Shown here in pieces: positions 37,695 through 49,869 of a DNA stretch of 64,000 nucleotides. The first letter of the stretch is position 1, and each line of letters starts with the position of its first letter. Location of the stretch: positions 17,879-81,878 of the forward strand of contig JBFXED010000017.1 in assembly GCA_050180485.1 (NCBI GenBank). The letters are read 5' to 3'. The position numbers and the translations under genes were made by a program. The stretch comes from Alphaproteobacteria bacterium (lineage in GTDB: Bacteria; Pseudomonadota; Alphaproteobacteria; CADEGL01). Below the pieces are notes generated by a model. The model was given only the letters and a program-made list of their open reading frames with translations, did not search any database and was not told where the DNA came from.

Positions 37695-37738
37695 TTGTGG
37701 GACGGCCGCGCCTGCGCGCGCGGCGGCGATCGTAGGGC

Positions 37739-38662
37739 ATGACCGCGCTTCTTCTCATCGAGCAGACTCTGAACGGGCTGCAGCTCGGCGTGATGCTGTT
37801 CCTGATGGCGGCCGGGCTTACGCTCGTCTTCGGTATCATGAACATGATCAACCTGGCGCATGGCTCGCTCTACATGGTGGGCGCCTATTGCGCCGCCTTG
37901 TTCCTGGAGTGGACGGGCAGCTTCGTCCTGGCCGCGCTTTTGGCCCTGCCCGCGACGCTCCTGGTCGGCCTTGTCGTCGAGATCCTCGTGCTGCGCACGC
38001 TCTACGAACGCGACCATCTGGACCAGGTGTTGGCCACCTTCGGCCTGATCCTCTTCTTCAACGAGGCCGTCCATCTGGTCGGCGGCGCCGAGGCGCTGTA
38101 CCTGGACCTGCCGCCATTCCTCAAGGGGCAGGTCGAGATCATTCCGGGCTCGCCCTACCCCATCTACCGCCTGGTCGTGATCGCCGTCGGCCTCGCGGTC
38201 GCCCTCGGCCTCTATCTTCTGGTCACGCGCACGCGCACCGGAATGCTGATCCGCGCGGGCGCCTCCAACCGCACCATGCTTTCGGCGCTCGGCGTCAACG
38301 TGCGCCTCCTGTTCACGGCCGTCTTCGGCCTGGGCGCCATGCTGGCGGGCTTGGGCGGCGTCATGGCCGGGCCGATCGTCTCGGTCCAGTCAGGCATGGG
38401 TGAGAACGTCCTGATTCTGGCCTTCGTCGTCATCGTCATCGGCGGTATCGGCTCGGTTCGTGGCGCCTTCATCGCGGCACTCCTCATCGGCCTGATCGAC
38501 ACGATGGGTCGCGCCTTCATGGCCGACCTCATGGGGCTTCTCATGTCGCACGCCGCAGCCCAGACAGCGGGGCCCACCATCGCCTCCATGCTGATCTATC
38601 TCCTGATGGCCGGCGTGCTGTTCTTCCGGCCCCAGGGTCTGTTCCCGCCGCGGGGCCGCTGA
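37739..38662 (+). CDS. livH: Branched-chain amino acid ABC transporter permease
   Basis: 307 aa, 8-9 TM, LivH-type. Confidence 0.85.
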   Translation: MTALLLIEQTLNGLQLGVMLFLMAAGLTLVFGIMNMINLAHGSLYMVGAYCAALFLEWTGSFVLAALLALPATLLVGLVVEILVLRTLYERDHLDQVLATFGLILFFNEAVHLVGGAEALYLDLPPFLKGQVEIIPGSPYPIYRLVVIAVGLAVALGLYLLVTRTRTGMLIRAGASNRTMLSALGVNVRLLFTAVFGLGAMLAGLGGVMAGPIVSVQSGMGENVLILAFVVIVIGGIGSVRGAFIAALLIGLIDTMGRAFMADLMGLLMSHAAAQTAGPTIASMLIYLLMAGVLFFRPQGLFPPRGR

Positions 38663-39604
38663 ATGGCGCGCATCGCCACCATCGCAGTCTTGATCGCGCT
38701 CGCCGCCGTGCCGGTGCTGGCCGCCGCGTTCGACGCACCCTTCTATCTCGACCTGTTCGGGCGCGTGATGATCTATGCCATCGCCGCGCTCAGCCTGAAC
38801 CTGGTGATGGGTTACGGCGGCATGGTCAGCTTCGGTCACGCGGCCTTCCTGGGACTCGGCGGCTATGCCGTCGGCATCCTGGCCAAGGAAGGAATCGAAA
38901 GCGGCTTCGTGCAATGGCCGTTGGCCGTCGGTTCCTGCGCCCTATTCGCGTTTCTGACCGGCTTGGTCGTGCTGCGCACCAGCGGCGCCTATTTCATCAT
39001 GATCACGCTGGCCTTCGCTCAGATGCTGTTCTTTCTGTTCACCAGCCTGGCCGAATATGGCGGCGATGACGGGCTGACCATCTGGACGCGCAGCGAGTTT
39101 TCCGGGCTGATAGACCTCAACGACGGTGCGAGCTTCTACTACCTAGTTTTCATCCTGCTTCTGCTCTGTCTCGGCATCTCGGCGCGGCTGGTCGATTCGC
39201 GCTTCGGCATGGTCCTGCGCGGTGCGAAGGCCAACGAGCGGCGGATGCGCGCCATCGGCTTCCCGACCTTCCGCTACAAGCTGGCGGCCTACACGATCTC
39301 CGGCGCCATGTGCGGCCTGGCGGGCGCGCTCCTGGCCAACCAGGCCGAGTTCGTGGGGCCAAGCGTGCTGCACTGGTCGCGTTCGGGCGAAATCCTGGTC
39401 ATGGTCGTGCTCGGCGGGATGGGCGGCGTGGCCGGTCCCGTGCTGGGTGCGGCCGCTTATCTGCTGCTCAGCTATTTCCTCGCCGACCTGACCAAGCATT
39501 GGGCCATCATCATGGGGCCGCTCCTGATCCTGGTCGTGCTTTATGCGCGCGGCGGCTTGCTGGGGCTTCTAGGCGGACGGCGCGCCAGGACGGGCTCACC
39601 ATGA
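38663..39604 (+). CDS. livM: Branched-chain amino acid ABC transporter permease
   Basis: 313 aa polytopic, LivM-type. Its start abuts the livH stop. Confidence 0.85.
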   Translation: MARIATIAVLIALAAVPVLAAAFDAPFYLDLFGRVMIYAIAALSLNLVMGYGGMVSFGHAAFLGLGGYAVGILAKEGIESGFVQWPLAVGSCALFAFLTGLVVLRTSGAYFIMITLAFAQMLFFLFTSLAEYGGDDGLTIWTRSEFSGLIDLNDGASFYYLVFILLLLCLGISARLVDSRFGMVLRGAKANERRMRAIGFPTFRYKLAAYTISGAMCGLAGALLANQAEFVGPSVLHWSRSGEILVMVVLGGMGGVAGPVLGAAAYLLLSYFLADLTKHWAIIMGPLLILVVLYARGGLLGLLGGRRARTGSP

Positions 39605-40355
39605 GCGACATCCTGCTGCGCGCCGAAGGCATCACCAAGCGCTATGGCGGCATCCTGGCCTGCGACGGTGTGAACGTCGATCTGCGCGCGGGCGAGACGC
39701 ATGCGGTGATCGGCCCCAACGGAGCGGGCAAGACGACGCTTTTATCTCAGCTCGCGGGCGAAATCGCGCCCGATGCCGGCCGCATCCATCTGGGGGCGCG
39801 CGACGTCACGCACTTGCGCGCGCCCGAACGCGCGGTGCTCGGCCTCGGCCGTTCGTTCCAAATCACCAGCGTGTTCCGCGAGTTTAGCGTGCTACAGAAT
39901 GTGGCGCTGGCCGTACAAGCCCATGACGGGCATAGCTTTCGCTTTTGGCGCAAGGCGCGCACCGACGCCGCGCTGATCGAGCCCGCGCGCGCCATGCTGG
40001 ACCGCCTCGGGCTCGCCGGCCGCGCCGCCTTGCCGGCCGCGCTTCTGTCCCACGGCGAGCAGCGCCAGCTGGAACTGGCCATGGCGCTGGCCACCAAGCC
40101 GCGCGTGCTTCTGCTCGACGAACCGATGGCCGGAATGGGCGCCGCGGATTCCGAGCGCATGACCCGGCTTCTGACCACGCTCAAGAACGAAGCTGCGCTG
40201 CTGTTGGTCGAGCACGACATGGACGCGGTCTTCGCCCTGGCCGACCGGATCACCGTGATGACTTACGGCCGCGTGATCGCGACCGGCACGCCGGCGGAAA
40301 TCCGCGCGAACCAGGCCGTGCGCGAGGCCTATCTCGGCACCGACGAGGCCGCGTG

Positions 40356-40356
<1 letters not shown>
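39601..40356 (+). CDS. livG: ABC transporter ATP-binding protein
   Basis: Start MSDILLRAEGITKRYGG. Walker A GPNGAGKTT, signature LSHGEQRQL, Walker B LLLDEP. Overlaps the livM stop. Confidence 0.9.
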
Positions 40357-41059
<703 letters not shown>

Positions 41060-41063
<4 letters not shown>

Positions 41064-41709
41064 CCCAGGCGCTTTTTCAGAAGCTCGACCGCCGTGTCGG
41101 GGCTGGTCAGCACCGTGCGGCCTGGCACGGCGCGGATGAGGCGCGCGGCGGGCGCGGTCGAATATTGGGCCAGCATCAGGGCGTCGCAATCCTCGAACTG
41201 CTCGGCCGCCTTGGCGACGATGGCGTCATGCTCGTCCGCACGCCCGGCTTCCAACGCCGGCAACGCGGCCTCCGCCGCATGGGTGCGCAGCTGTAGCTTG
41301 ATGCCGCGCTTGGCAGCCACGGCCTCGACCTCTTCCTTCAGCTCGGTCAGGGTCGGCGCGAAGGTCGAGAGCGCCACGATGCGCGGTCCCTTGTCCAGCG
41401 CGGCCTCGACCATGGCCTCGTAGGGCTTCAAGACCGGCACATCCATCTGCGAGCGCGCGGCCTCGATGGCCGGGCCAAAGGCCGAGCACGAGAACAGGAT
41501 GAAGCGCGCGCCCGAATCGTAGCTGTGGTTGGCCAGCGCCGCGATGCGTGCGTAGAGCGCGGGCGTCAGCTTCCCCGCCGCGCGGCGATCCTGCAGGAGC
41601 GAATCGTCCAGCAAGTGCGTGCGCGGCGCCTTCGGCCAATGACGGCCGAAGGCGGCTTCCAGCGGCTCGATGGACAGGCGCGTGGCGTGGACGATGCCGA
41701 TGCGGCCGT

Positions 41710-41713
<4 letters not shown>
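41060..41713 (-). CDS. Asp/Glu/hydantoin-racemase-family protein (arylmalonate decarboxylase / maleate isomerase-like)
   Basis: Start [13 protein letters not shown]. Two Cys-containing half-site regions (ILFSCSAFG ... ). Its stop overlaps the livF stop (CTAG), and its start overlaps the mmsA stop. Confidence 0.7.
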
Positions 41714-43203
<1,490 letters not shown>

Positions 43204-43406
43204 GAAATCCTCCGGAGGCGCGGCACATGGGCGAGAGAGCGGCGAACGCCGCTCTGGTCGGGGCGCTTATAGCAAATCGGCCGGGGCCGGGGAAACGACC
43301 CGGACCGGTATTTTCGGCCAGCAGACATGCCCGGAAAGCAGGGCTTCAATTGACGGCGCGCGGGCCTACGCATAGGGATACGGAACACGACCCGGGGGAC
43401 CACGCC

Positions 43407-44387
43407 ATGACGCAGATTCCGACCTACGCCGACGTCCAGGATGCAGCTCGCCAACTGAAGGGCATGGCCGTGCGCACACCCCTGGTCGACGCGCATGTCA
43501 TGGGCGCGGCCTTGGGCTGCCGCCTGTTCGTGAAACCCGAGGTGTTGCAGCGCACGGGGTCGTTCAAGTTCCGTGGCGCTTACAACCGGATCAGCCGGCT
43601 GAACGAGGCCGAGCGCAAGCGTGGCGTCGTCGCCTACTCCTCCGGCAACCATGCCCAAGGCGTGGCCGCCGCCGCCACGTTGGTCGGCGCGCCGTCGGTC
43701 ATCGTGATGCCGTCGGACGCCCCCGCCATCAAGGTCGCCAACACCAAGGCGCTGGGCGGCGAGGTCGTGCTCTACGACCGCTTCAAAGAGAACCGCGAGG
43801 AGATCGGACAGCGCATCGCGTCCGAGCGCGGCCTGACCTTGGTGAAGCCCTATGACGATCCGTATGTGATCGCGGGCCAGGGCACGGCCGGGCTGGAATT
43901 GGTCGAGCAGGCGAAAGAAATGGGCGCCCCGCCCGACATCGTCGTCTCGCCCTGCGGCGGCGGCGGCCTGGTCGCGGGCTGTGCCTTGGCCGTGAAGGAA
44001 AACCTGCCCAATGCCGCGGTCTATGGCGCCGAGCCGGCAGGGCTGGACGATACCGCGCGCTCCCTCGTCTTCGGCCAGCGCGTCTCGAACAACCCCAAGG
44101 CCACCACGATTTGCGATGCGCTGATGGCGCCCATGCCCGGCGAGATCACTTTCGAGATCAACCGCAAGCTGCTGAAGGGCGCCATCGCGGTCAGCGACGA
44201 CGAGGTCCTGTCGGCCATGAAGCGCGCCTTCCTCGACCTCAAGCTCGTCGTCGAGCCGGGCGGCGCGGTCGCACTGGCTGCCGTCCTATCGGGCAAGATC
44301 GACGTGAAGGGCAAAACGGTGGCCGTGGTCTGCTCGGGCGGCAATGCCGACCCGGCGATGTTCGAACGCGCGCTCAAGGCATCCTGA
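43407..44387 (+). CDS. PLP fold-type II enzyme, serine racemase / catabolic threonine-serine dehydratase family
   Basis: 326 aa (no ACT regulatory domain). Lys motif SFKFRGA, glycine loop SSGNHAQG, and SPCGGGGL. Confidence 0.8.
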   Translation: MTQIPTYADVQDAARQLKGMAVRTPLVDAHVMGAALGCRLFVKPEVLQRTGSFKFRGAYNRISRLNEAERKRGVVAYSSGNHAQGVAAAATLVGAPSVIVMPSDAPAIKVANTKALGGEVVLYDRFKENREEIGQRIASERGLTLVKPYDDPYVIAGQGTAGLELVEQAKEMGAPPDIVVSPCGGGGLVAGCALAVKENLPNAAVYGAEPAGLDDTARSLVFGQRVSNNPKATTICDALMAPMPGEITFEINRKLLKGAIAVSDDEVLSAMKRAFLDLKLVVEPGGAVALAAVLSGKIDVKGKTVAVVCSGGNADPAMFERALKAS

Positions 44388-44392
44388 CCATC

Positions 44393-45895
44393 ATGTTCCG
44401 CCGGATCGTCCTTGCCGCCGCCATCGCGCTGGCGGGCGCTTCGGGCGTACGTGCCGACGAAGCGCGCACGGCACAGTATTTCGACGCCATTGCGGCCTCG
44501 CCGCCGCTGCGCACCGCGTTCCTGCGCGCCATGCCCAAGGGCGGCGAACTACATGTCCACCTGACCGGCGCGATCTATGCCGAGAACTATATTCGCTGGG
44601 CCGTCGAGGACGGGCTGTGCGTCCAGCGCGCGGCGTTGGCCCTGGCTCCGCCGCCCTGCGACCCCGCGCAAGGAACCGAGCCGGCCGCGATTCTCGAGAC
44701 TGATCGAACGCTGCGCGCCGCCCTAATCGACAGTCTGTCCATGCGCAACCATTCGAACGCGCGCGATTCCGGCCACGACCATTTCTTCGCCACCTTCGCC
44801 AAATTCAACGCCGCCACCCGTCCGCGCCTGGGTGACATGATCGCGGAGTACGCCGCGCGCTTGGCAGCCGAAAACACTTTCTACGTCGAGATCATGACCT
44901 CACCCGGCATGGGCGATGCCCGCGCGCTGGGAACCCAAGCGGGCTGGAGCGACGATTGGAATACCCTGCGCGACCGCCTGATGACGCCCGACATGGACAA
45001 GATCGTCGCTCGAGCGCGCGAACGCCTCGACTTGGCCGAGTCGCGCGAGCGCGAGCTTCTGCGCTGCGGCACGCCACAGGCCGACCCTGGTTGCGCGGTG
45101 ACGGTGCGCTATCTGTCGCAGGTCATCCGCGTGTTCCCGCGCGAGCAGGTCTTTGCCGAAATCCTGTTCGCCACCTTGCTGATGAAGGCCGATCCGCGCG
45201 TCGTGGGCTTGAACCTGGTGGCACCGGAGGACGATCCCGTTACCTTGCGCGAATACACCGAGCAGATGCGCATGATCGGTTTCCTGACCGACACGGGACG
45301 GGCATCGAACGTGACGTTGCACGCGGGCGAACTGACGCTCGGTCTCGTGCCGCCGGAGGATTTGCGCTTCCACATAAGGCAGGCCGTCGAATTGGCGGGC
45401 GCCAAGCGCATCGGCCACGGCACGGGCATGGCATGGGAAGACGACTCCCTCGGGCTGATGAACCAAATGGCGCAGCGGAAGATCGCGGTCGAGATCAATC
45501 CGACCAGCAACGAGCAAATCCTCGGCGTCACGGGCAAGGATCACCCTTTCCCCGTCTATCGGCGCATGGGCGTGCCGGTCGCGCTTTCGACCGATGATCC
45601 CGGCGTCTCGCGCATCGACCTGAGCCATGAGTACCAGCGCATCGCCCGCGACTACGGCCTGGGCTATCGCGATCTCAAGGCACTGGCGCGGAATGCGTTG
45701 GAATATTCCTTCGCGCCGGGCCCGAGCCTGTGGGCAGGCGACCGTCGCGCCGGTCCTTGCGCCGCCGATTCACCGGCGGGCGCGCCCTCGGCCGGCTGCC
45801 GCGCCTTCCTCGACGGCAGCGAGAAAGCACGCGAGCAATGGCGCCTGGAAGCCGCCTTCGCGCGCTTCGAGGCCACACCCTGGCCGGCGCCGTAG
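44393..45895 (+). CDS. Secreted adenosine-deaminase-family metallohydrolase (ADA2/ADGF-like)
   Basis: 500 aa with a signal peptide (MFRRIVLAAAIALAGASGVRA). Metal ligands HVHLTG, catalytic HAGE, and a C-terminal STDDPGVS aspartate motif of the ADA fold. Confidence 0.65.
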   Translation: MFRRIVLAAAIALAGASGVRADEARTAQYFDAIAASPPLRTAFLRAMPKGGELHVHLTGAIYAENYIRWAVEDGLCVQRAALALAPPPCDPAQGTEPAAILETDRTLRAALIDSLSMRNHSNARDSGHDHFFATFAKFNAATRPRLGDMIAEYAARLAAENTFYVEIMTSPGMGDARALGTQAGWSDDWNTLRDRLMTPDMDKIVARARERLDLAESRERELLRCGTPQADPGCAVTVRYLSQVIRVFPREQVFAEILFATLLMKADPRVVGLNLVAPEDDPVTLREYTEQMRMIGFLTDTGRASNVTLHAGELTLGLVPPEDLRFHIRQAVELAGAKRIGHGTGMAWEDDSLGLMNQMAQRKIAVEINPTSNEQILGVTGKDHPFPVYRRMGVPVALSTDDPGVSRIDLSHEYQRIARDYGLGYRDLKALARNALEYSFAPGPSLWAGDRRAGPCAADSPAGAPSAGCRAFLDGSEKAREQWRLEAAFARFEATPWPAP

Positions 45896-45917
45896 AGCTC
45901 AACCTCCTCCAACCTTT

Positions 45918-46058
45918 CGCCCCCTCCCCTTTGTGAGCGCTGCGCGCTCCGTGTCGATCCGCTTTGCGGCTCGACCCCTCGTTGGGGAGGGGAAAGACAG
46001 AGTGTCTCGCTTTTTACTTCTCCCCTCCCCTTGAGGGAGGGGTTGGGGGAGGGGTACC
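45918..46058. repeat. Cluster of CCCCTCCCC / GGGGAGGGG inverted-repeat motifs (at least 4 copies in 140 bp) plus a small AGACA-GAG-TGTCT hairpin followed by TTTTT
   Basis: Read directly (45921-45930, 45976-45994, 46022-46030, 46035-46056). Intergenic, between the deaminase gene and the MFS gene. REP/MITE-like. Confidence 0.45.
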
Positions 46059-46065
46059 AACACGC

Positions 46066-47247
46066 ATGACGGTCCCAGCCCCCTCGCCCAGCCGATTGAA
46101 CCTCGCGCTGCGTCTATCGTTCTTCTACGCCGCGGTGTTCGGGACCGTGGGCGTCAATACGCCCTTCTTTCCCGTCTGGCTGTCCTCCCGCGGCATGGAC
46201 GCGGCGCAGATCGGCATCCTGTTGGCCGTGGTCTCGTGGGTGCGCGTGGTGACGACGCCTTGGCTCGGCGGCGTGGCCGAACGGATGGGCGAGCGGCGCC
46301 GGCCCATGGCCGTTCTCTCCGCTGTCGCACTCGCGGCCTTCTCGAGCTACGGCCTGGTGGATGGCTTTTGGGGTTATCTGTGCGTCGGCATCGTCGCGGG
46401 CGTGACGCATGCGGCGGTCATGCCCTTGGGCGAGAACGTCACCATGTCCATGGCCCCCGCCGCCCGCCTCGATTACGGGCATATGCGCCTATGGGGTTCG
46501 TTCTCCTTCATCTTGGCCGCGGCGGGTGGCGGCTGGTTTCTCCAGGGACGCGCGGCCGACGCCATCCTGTGGCTTATGATCGGCACAATGGCGCTGATGT
46601 TCATGGCTTGCTGCCTGCTGCCCGAGCCGCGCCTGCCACGCGCGCATGCACACACGACGCCAGTCCGGCGCCTTCTGAGCAACCGGCTGTTCCTGTTGTT
46701 CGTGTTTTCTTGCGGCCTGCTGCAGGCAAGCCACGCCGTGGTCTACGGCTTCGGCACGCTGCACTGGCGCGCGTCCGGTCTCGACGATGCGACGATCGGC
46801 TGGCTATGGGCGGAGGGCGTGCTGGCCGAAGTGGTCCTGTTCGCGCTGGGCGCCAGGGTGATGAGAAAGCTGGGGCCGCTGCATCTCCTCCTGTTGGCGG
46901 GCGGCGCGGGCGTGGTGCGCTGGGCAATCACCGCTGCGACCGCGGACCTCGAGGTCCTGATCGCAATCCAGCTTCTGCACGGCTTCACCTTCGGCGCGGC
47001 CCATCTCGGCGCCATGTATTTCATCCAGCGCGCGGCGCCACCCGGCCTGTCGGCCTCGGCGCAAAGCCTCTATTCGGCCGTCGGCAACAGTGTCGTCATG
47101 GGGCTCGCCCTGCTGGTGGCGGGACCACTCTATGAGGCGCTCGGCGGCGGCGCCTTCGCGGTGATGGCACTGTTCTCGGCGGGTGGGATGGCGGGCGTCT
47201 GGACGCTGGGCCGCCGATGGAAGGGCGACGCGTTCGCGGCCGCCTAG
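46066..47247 (+). CDS. MFS transporter (12-TMS, LacY/3-phenylpropionate-transporter-like)
   Basis: Start MTVPAPSPSRLNLALRLSFFYAAVFG. 12 hydrophobic segments; GxxxD-like loop (WLSSRGMDAAQIG). Confidence 0.75.
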   Translation: MTVPAPSPSRLNLALRLSFFYAAVFGTVGVNTPFFPVWLSSRGMDAAQIGILLAVVSWVRVVTTPWLGGVAERMGERRRPMAVLSAVALAAFSSYGLVDGFWGYLCVGIVAGVTHAAVMPLGENVTMSMAPAARLDYGHMRLWGSFSFILAAAGGGWFLQGRAADAILWLMIGTMALMFMACCLLPEPRLPRAHAHTTPVRRLLSNRLFLLFVFSCGLLQASHAVVYGFGTLHWRASGLDDATIGWLWAEGVLAEVVLFALGARVMRKLGPLHLLLLAGGAGVVRWAITAATADLEVLIAIQLLHGFTFGAAHLGAMYFIQRAAPPGLSASAQSLYSAVGNSVVMGLALLVAGPLYEALGGGAFAVMALFSAGGMAGVWTLGRRWKGDAFAAA

Positions 47248-47251
47248 AATC

Positions 47252-48067
47252 TCAGCATTTCGGCTTTGGCAGCGGCTCGATCTCGGTCAGCACCGCGCGC
47301 ATGCGGAAGTCGCCGAAATCCATGATCTGATCACCCGCCACCCCGTTGTCGAACATGCGCATGCCCAGCTCGTAATGCGGCGCGGCCTCTTTCGAGCCCA
47401 GGTCGAAGAAGGCCAGCCGCACCGGCCAAAAGGGCCGCGTGATTAGAGCCTCGGCGTTTTCGCTCTGCGGCACGATACCGCGCTTGCCGATGATGGCGCT
47501 AACCTCAGCCACGCCTTCCTTGGTGGCGCCGTCGAAGACGGTGGCGGATAAACGCGTCTTGCCGGCCTCCGCCGCGCGCAGTAGCGCTTCGCTGTGCGCC
47601 ATGGGGAACAGCGTGCCCATCGGCAATTTCATGGTGCGCTTGTCTGGAATCGTGAAACGGGCCGTGCCGGTCCCGCCGCGACCGTTGAGCTTGGCGTCAC
47701 CGCCGAACTCCTCCGCCATTTCCTCATTGCGGAGCGTGCGCACGTTGAAGCGGAAGGTCAGTCCGTTGCTCGATTCCCAGCTCGTGTAACCGGTGTCTGT
47801 TACCAGAACCTCGCCATCGCCGTTGATCAGCTCCATGCGGATGCGCTGCTCCACCGACCAGCCTTCGCAGGTCTGTCGCCATTCCGCCGTCATCGCGCCG
47901 CTAGCCTCGACGATGCCGCTGCCCGAGGTACCGCCGTCGTACTTGAGCACGTAGGCCGCGCGATAGGGCGCCAGGTCGGACGCTTGAAGCGGGAACGCCG
48001 GCAGCGACGCCATGCCGAGGGACAAGGCGACCGATACGGCGCGATGGCGCGAAGAAAAGATTTTCAT
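47252..48067 (-). CDS. DUF1849 / EipB-like periplasmic envelope-integrity protein
   Basis: Start MKIFSSRHRAVSVALSLGMASLPAF (signal peptide). 271 aa with one internal Cys (RQTCEGW) and a C-terminal Cys (KPKC), the spacing of the conserved EipB disulfide. ATVFDG / MRMFDNG blocks. Confidence 0.55.
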   Translation of the reverse strand: MKIFSSRHRAVSVALSLGMASLPAFPLQASDLAPYRAAYVLKYDGGTSGSGIVEASGAMTAEWRQTCEGWSVEQRIRMELINGDGEVLVTDTGYTSWESSNGLTFRFNVRTLRNEEMAEEFGGDAKLNGRGGTGTARFTIPDKRTMKLPMGTLFPMAHSEALLRAAEAGKTRLSATVFDGATKEGVAEVSAIIGKRGIVPQSENAEALITRPFWPVRLAFFDLGSKEAAPHYELGMRMFDNGVAGDQIMDFGDFRMRAVLTEIEPLPKPKC

Positions 48068-48170
48068 GGGGCACAAGGTGGGTGCGAAATGGGCTCGAAT
48101 TATGGCATGCGAGCGGGGGTGACGATAGAATGCGCGGCCTTCACGCCTTGTTCCCTCCTCCGGAGCCTCC

Positions 48171-49136
48171 ATGCCAGCCAAGAAAATTGTCCTGGTCACG
48201 CGCAGACTGACGCCGTCCGTCGAGGCGCGCCTCGCACGCGACTATGACGCGCGGCTGAACCCGAGCGACGATATCTATACACCGGACAAGCTGGCCGCGG
48301 CGGCCCAGGGCGCCGACGCGCTGTTGGTCGCGGCCACCGACAACGTGGGGCCCGCCGTGATCGCGAAGCTGCCGAATAGCGTGCGCGCCATCGCCACCTT
48401 CTCCGTCGGCTACAACCACATCGACATCGAGGGCTGCAAGAATCGCGGCATCTGTGTCACCTACACACCCGACGTGCTGACCGACGCCACCGCCGACCTC
48501 ACCATGCTTCTGATCCTGGGCGCGGCGCGGCGCGCGGGCGAGGGCGAGCGTATGGTGCGCAACGGAGAATGGAACGGCTGGGCGCCGACGCAGCTTCTCG
48601 GCACGCAGGTGACGGGCAAGAAACTGGGCATCCTGGGCATGGGCCGCATCGGCCGGGCGGTGGCCGACCGCGCGCGCGGCTTCGCCATGCAGATCCACTA
48701 CAGCAACCGCAAACGCCTGCCAGCCGACCAGGAAAAGGGCGCGGTGTTCCACGCCGATCCCGAAGCCATGCTGAAACAGGTCGACATCCTGTCGATCAAC
48801 TGTCCCGCCACGCCGGAGACGACGCGTTTTCTCGACGCGCGCCGGATTGGGCTGATGAAGGACGGCGCCATCGTGGTCAATTCGGCACGCGGGGCGATCG
48901 TGGACGACCATGCGCTGATCGCGGCGCTGCGCGCGGGCAAGCTGGCATCGGCGGGATTGGACGTGTTCGACCGCGAGCCGGACCTGGAGCCGGCTTACCG
49001 GGGCTTGGCCAACACATTCCTGCTGCCGCATTTGGGCAGTGCCACGATCGAGACACGCGACGGCATGGGCAACAAATGCGTCGACAACCTGGACGCGTTC
49101 TTCGCCGGCCGGACACCGCCCGACCGGCTGGTCTAG
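48171..49136 (+). CDS. D-isomer-specific 2-hydroxyacid dehydrogenase (glyoxylate/hydroxypyruvate reductase-like)
   Basis: 321 aa. NAD(P) motif GILGMGRIGRAV. Catalytic R...E...H context (ARGAIVD, HLGSAT). Confidence 0.85.
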   Translation: MPAKKIVLVTRRLTPSVEARLARDYDARLNPSDDIYTPDKLAAAAQGADALLVAATDNVGPAVIAKLPNSVRAIATFSVGYNHIDIEGCKNRGICVTYTPDVLTDATADLTMLLILGAARRAGEGERMVRNGEWNGWAPTQLLGTQVTGKKLGILGMGRIGRAVADRARGFAMQIHYSNRKRLPADQEKGAVFHADPEAMLKQVDILSINCPATPETTRFLDARRIGLMKDGAIVVNSARGAIVDDHALIAALRAGKLASAGLDVFDREPDLEPAYRGLANTFLLPHLGSATIETRDGMGNKCVDNLDAFFAGRTPPDRLV

Positions 49137-49137
49137 T

Positions 49138-49869
49138 TCAGATCGGCAGCAACCACGCCTTCTCGGAGACGTTGCGGCGCATGGCCTCGGCCTGTTGCGA
49201 CTCGAACGGCCCGGCGACCACGCGATACATTTTCCGCCCGCCCACCGTGGCCGCGATCACGTGCGTGCCCTTGGCGGACGCAGAGGCCGCGGCGGCGCGC
49301 TCGGCATCCTGGAAACTGCCCAACACGACCAGCATCTTCCGCCCGTTGCCCGGCGTCGGAGCGGGCGCCAAGGAGGCCGCCTGCGCATTGGCGGGCACCG
49401 TCGCCTTGGGCGGGTTGGAGGCGCGCAGCGGCTGCGCGGCCGCAACGGGCTGCGTGGGCAGGGGCGCGGCGGGGGCGATGGCCGCGACCTGGGGCGCGGG
49501 CGCCGGAGCGGGTACGCTTTCGGTAACGATCTCGGCCTCGGGTGCTTTTTGCGGCGCGGGCGCGGGCGAAGCCCCGATCGGGGTCATCGCGGGCAGGGAG
49601 AATGCCAGGGCGCCGTTGCCCGGAGCATAGACGACTTCACGCGCGCCCGTTCCCTTCGGCTCGACGCAGACCGGCTTATCTTTGACGACCCGCCATACCG
49701 CGCAATCCTCGCCGGTGACCGCCGACAAGGCGTGGTCGTGGGGCGCCTTGCCGGTCGCCGTATAGCTCAGCCCGTCGAAAGCCGCCGAAGCGGCGGTAAG
49801 TCCCACCGGAATGGCGACGCAGCCGCCCAAGGCGGCCACGATGAGGCCGGCAAAAACCGTCTCGCGCAC
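49138..49869 (-). CDS. SPOR-domain lipoprotein (septal peptidoglycan-binding)
   Basis: Probable GTG start VRETVFAGLIVAALGGC (lipobox LGGC) with RBS AGAGGGA; the ORF track extends it to 49974. Pro/Ala-rich linker. C-terminal SPOR domain (GRKMLVVLGSFQDAERAAAA...YRVVAGPF). Confidence 0.65.
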   Translation of the reverse strand: MRETVFAGLIVAALGGCVAIPVGLTAASAAFDGLSYTATGKAPHDHALSAVTGEDCAVWRVVKDKPVCVEPKGTGAREVVYAPGNGALAFSLPAMTPIGASPAPAPQKAPEAEIVTESVPAPAPAPQVAAIAPAAPLPTQPVAAAQPLRASNPPKATVPANAQAASLAPAPTPGNGRKMLVVLGSFQDAERAAAASASAKGTHVIAATVGGRKMYRVVAGPFESQQAEAMRRNVSEKAWLLPI

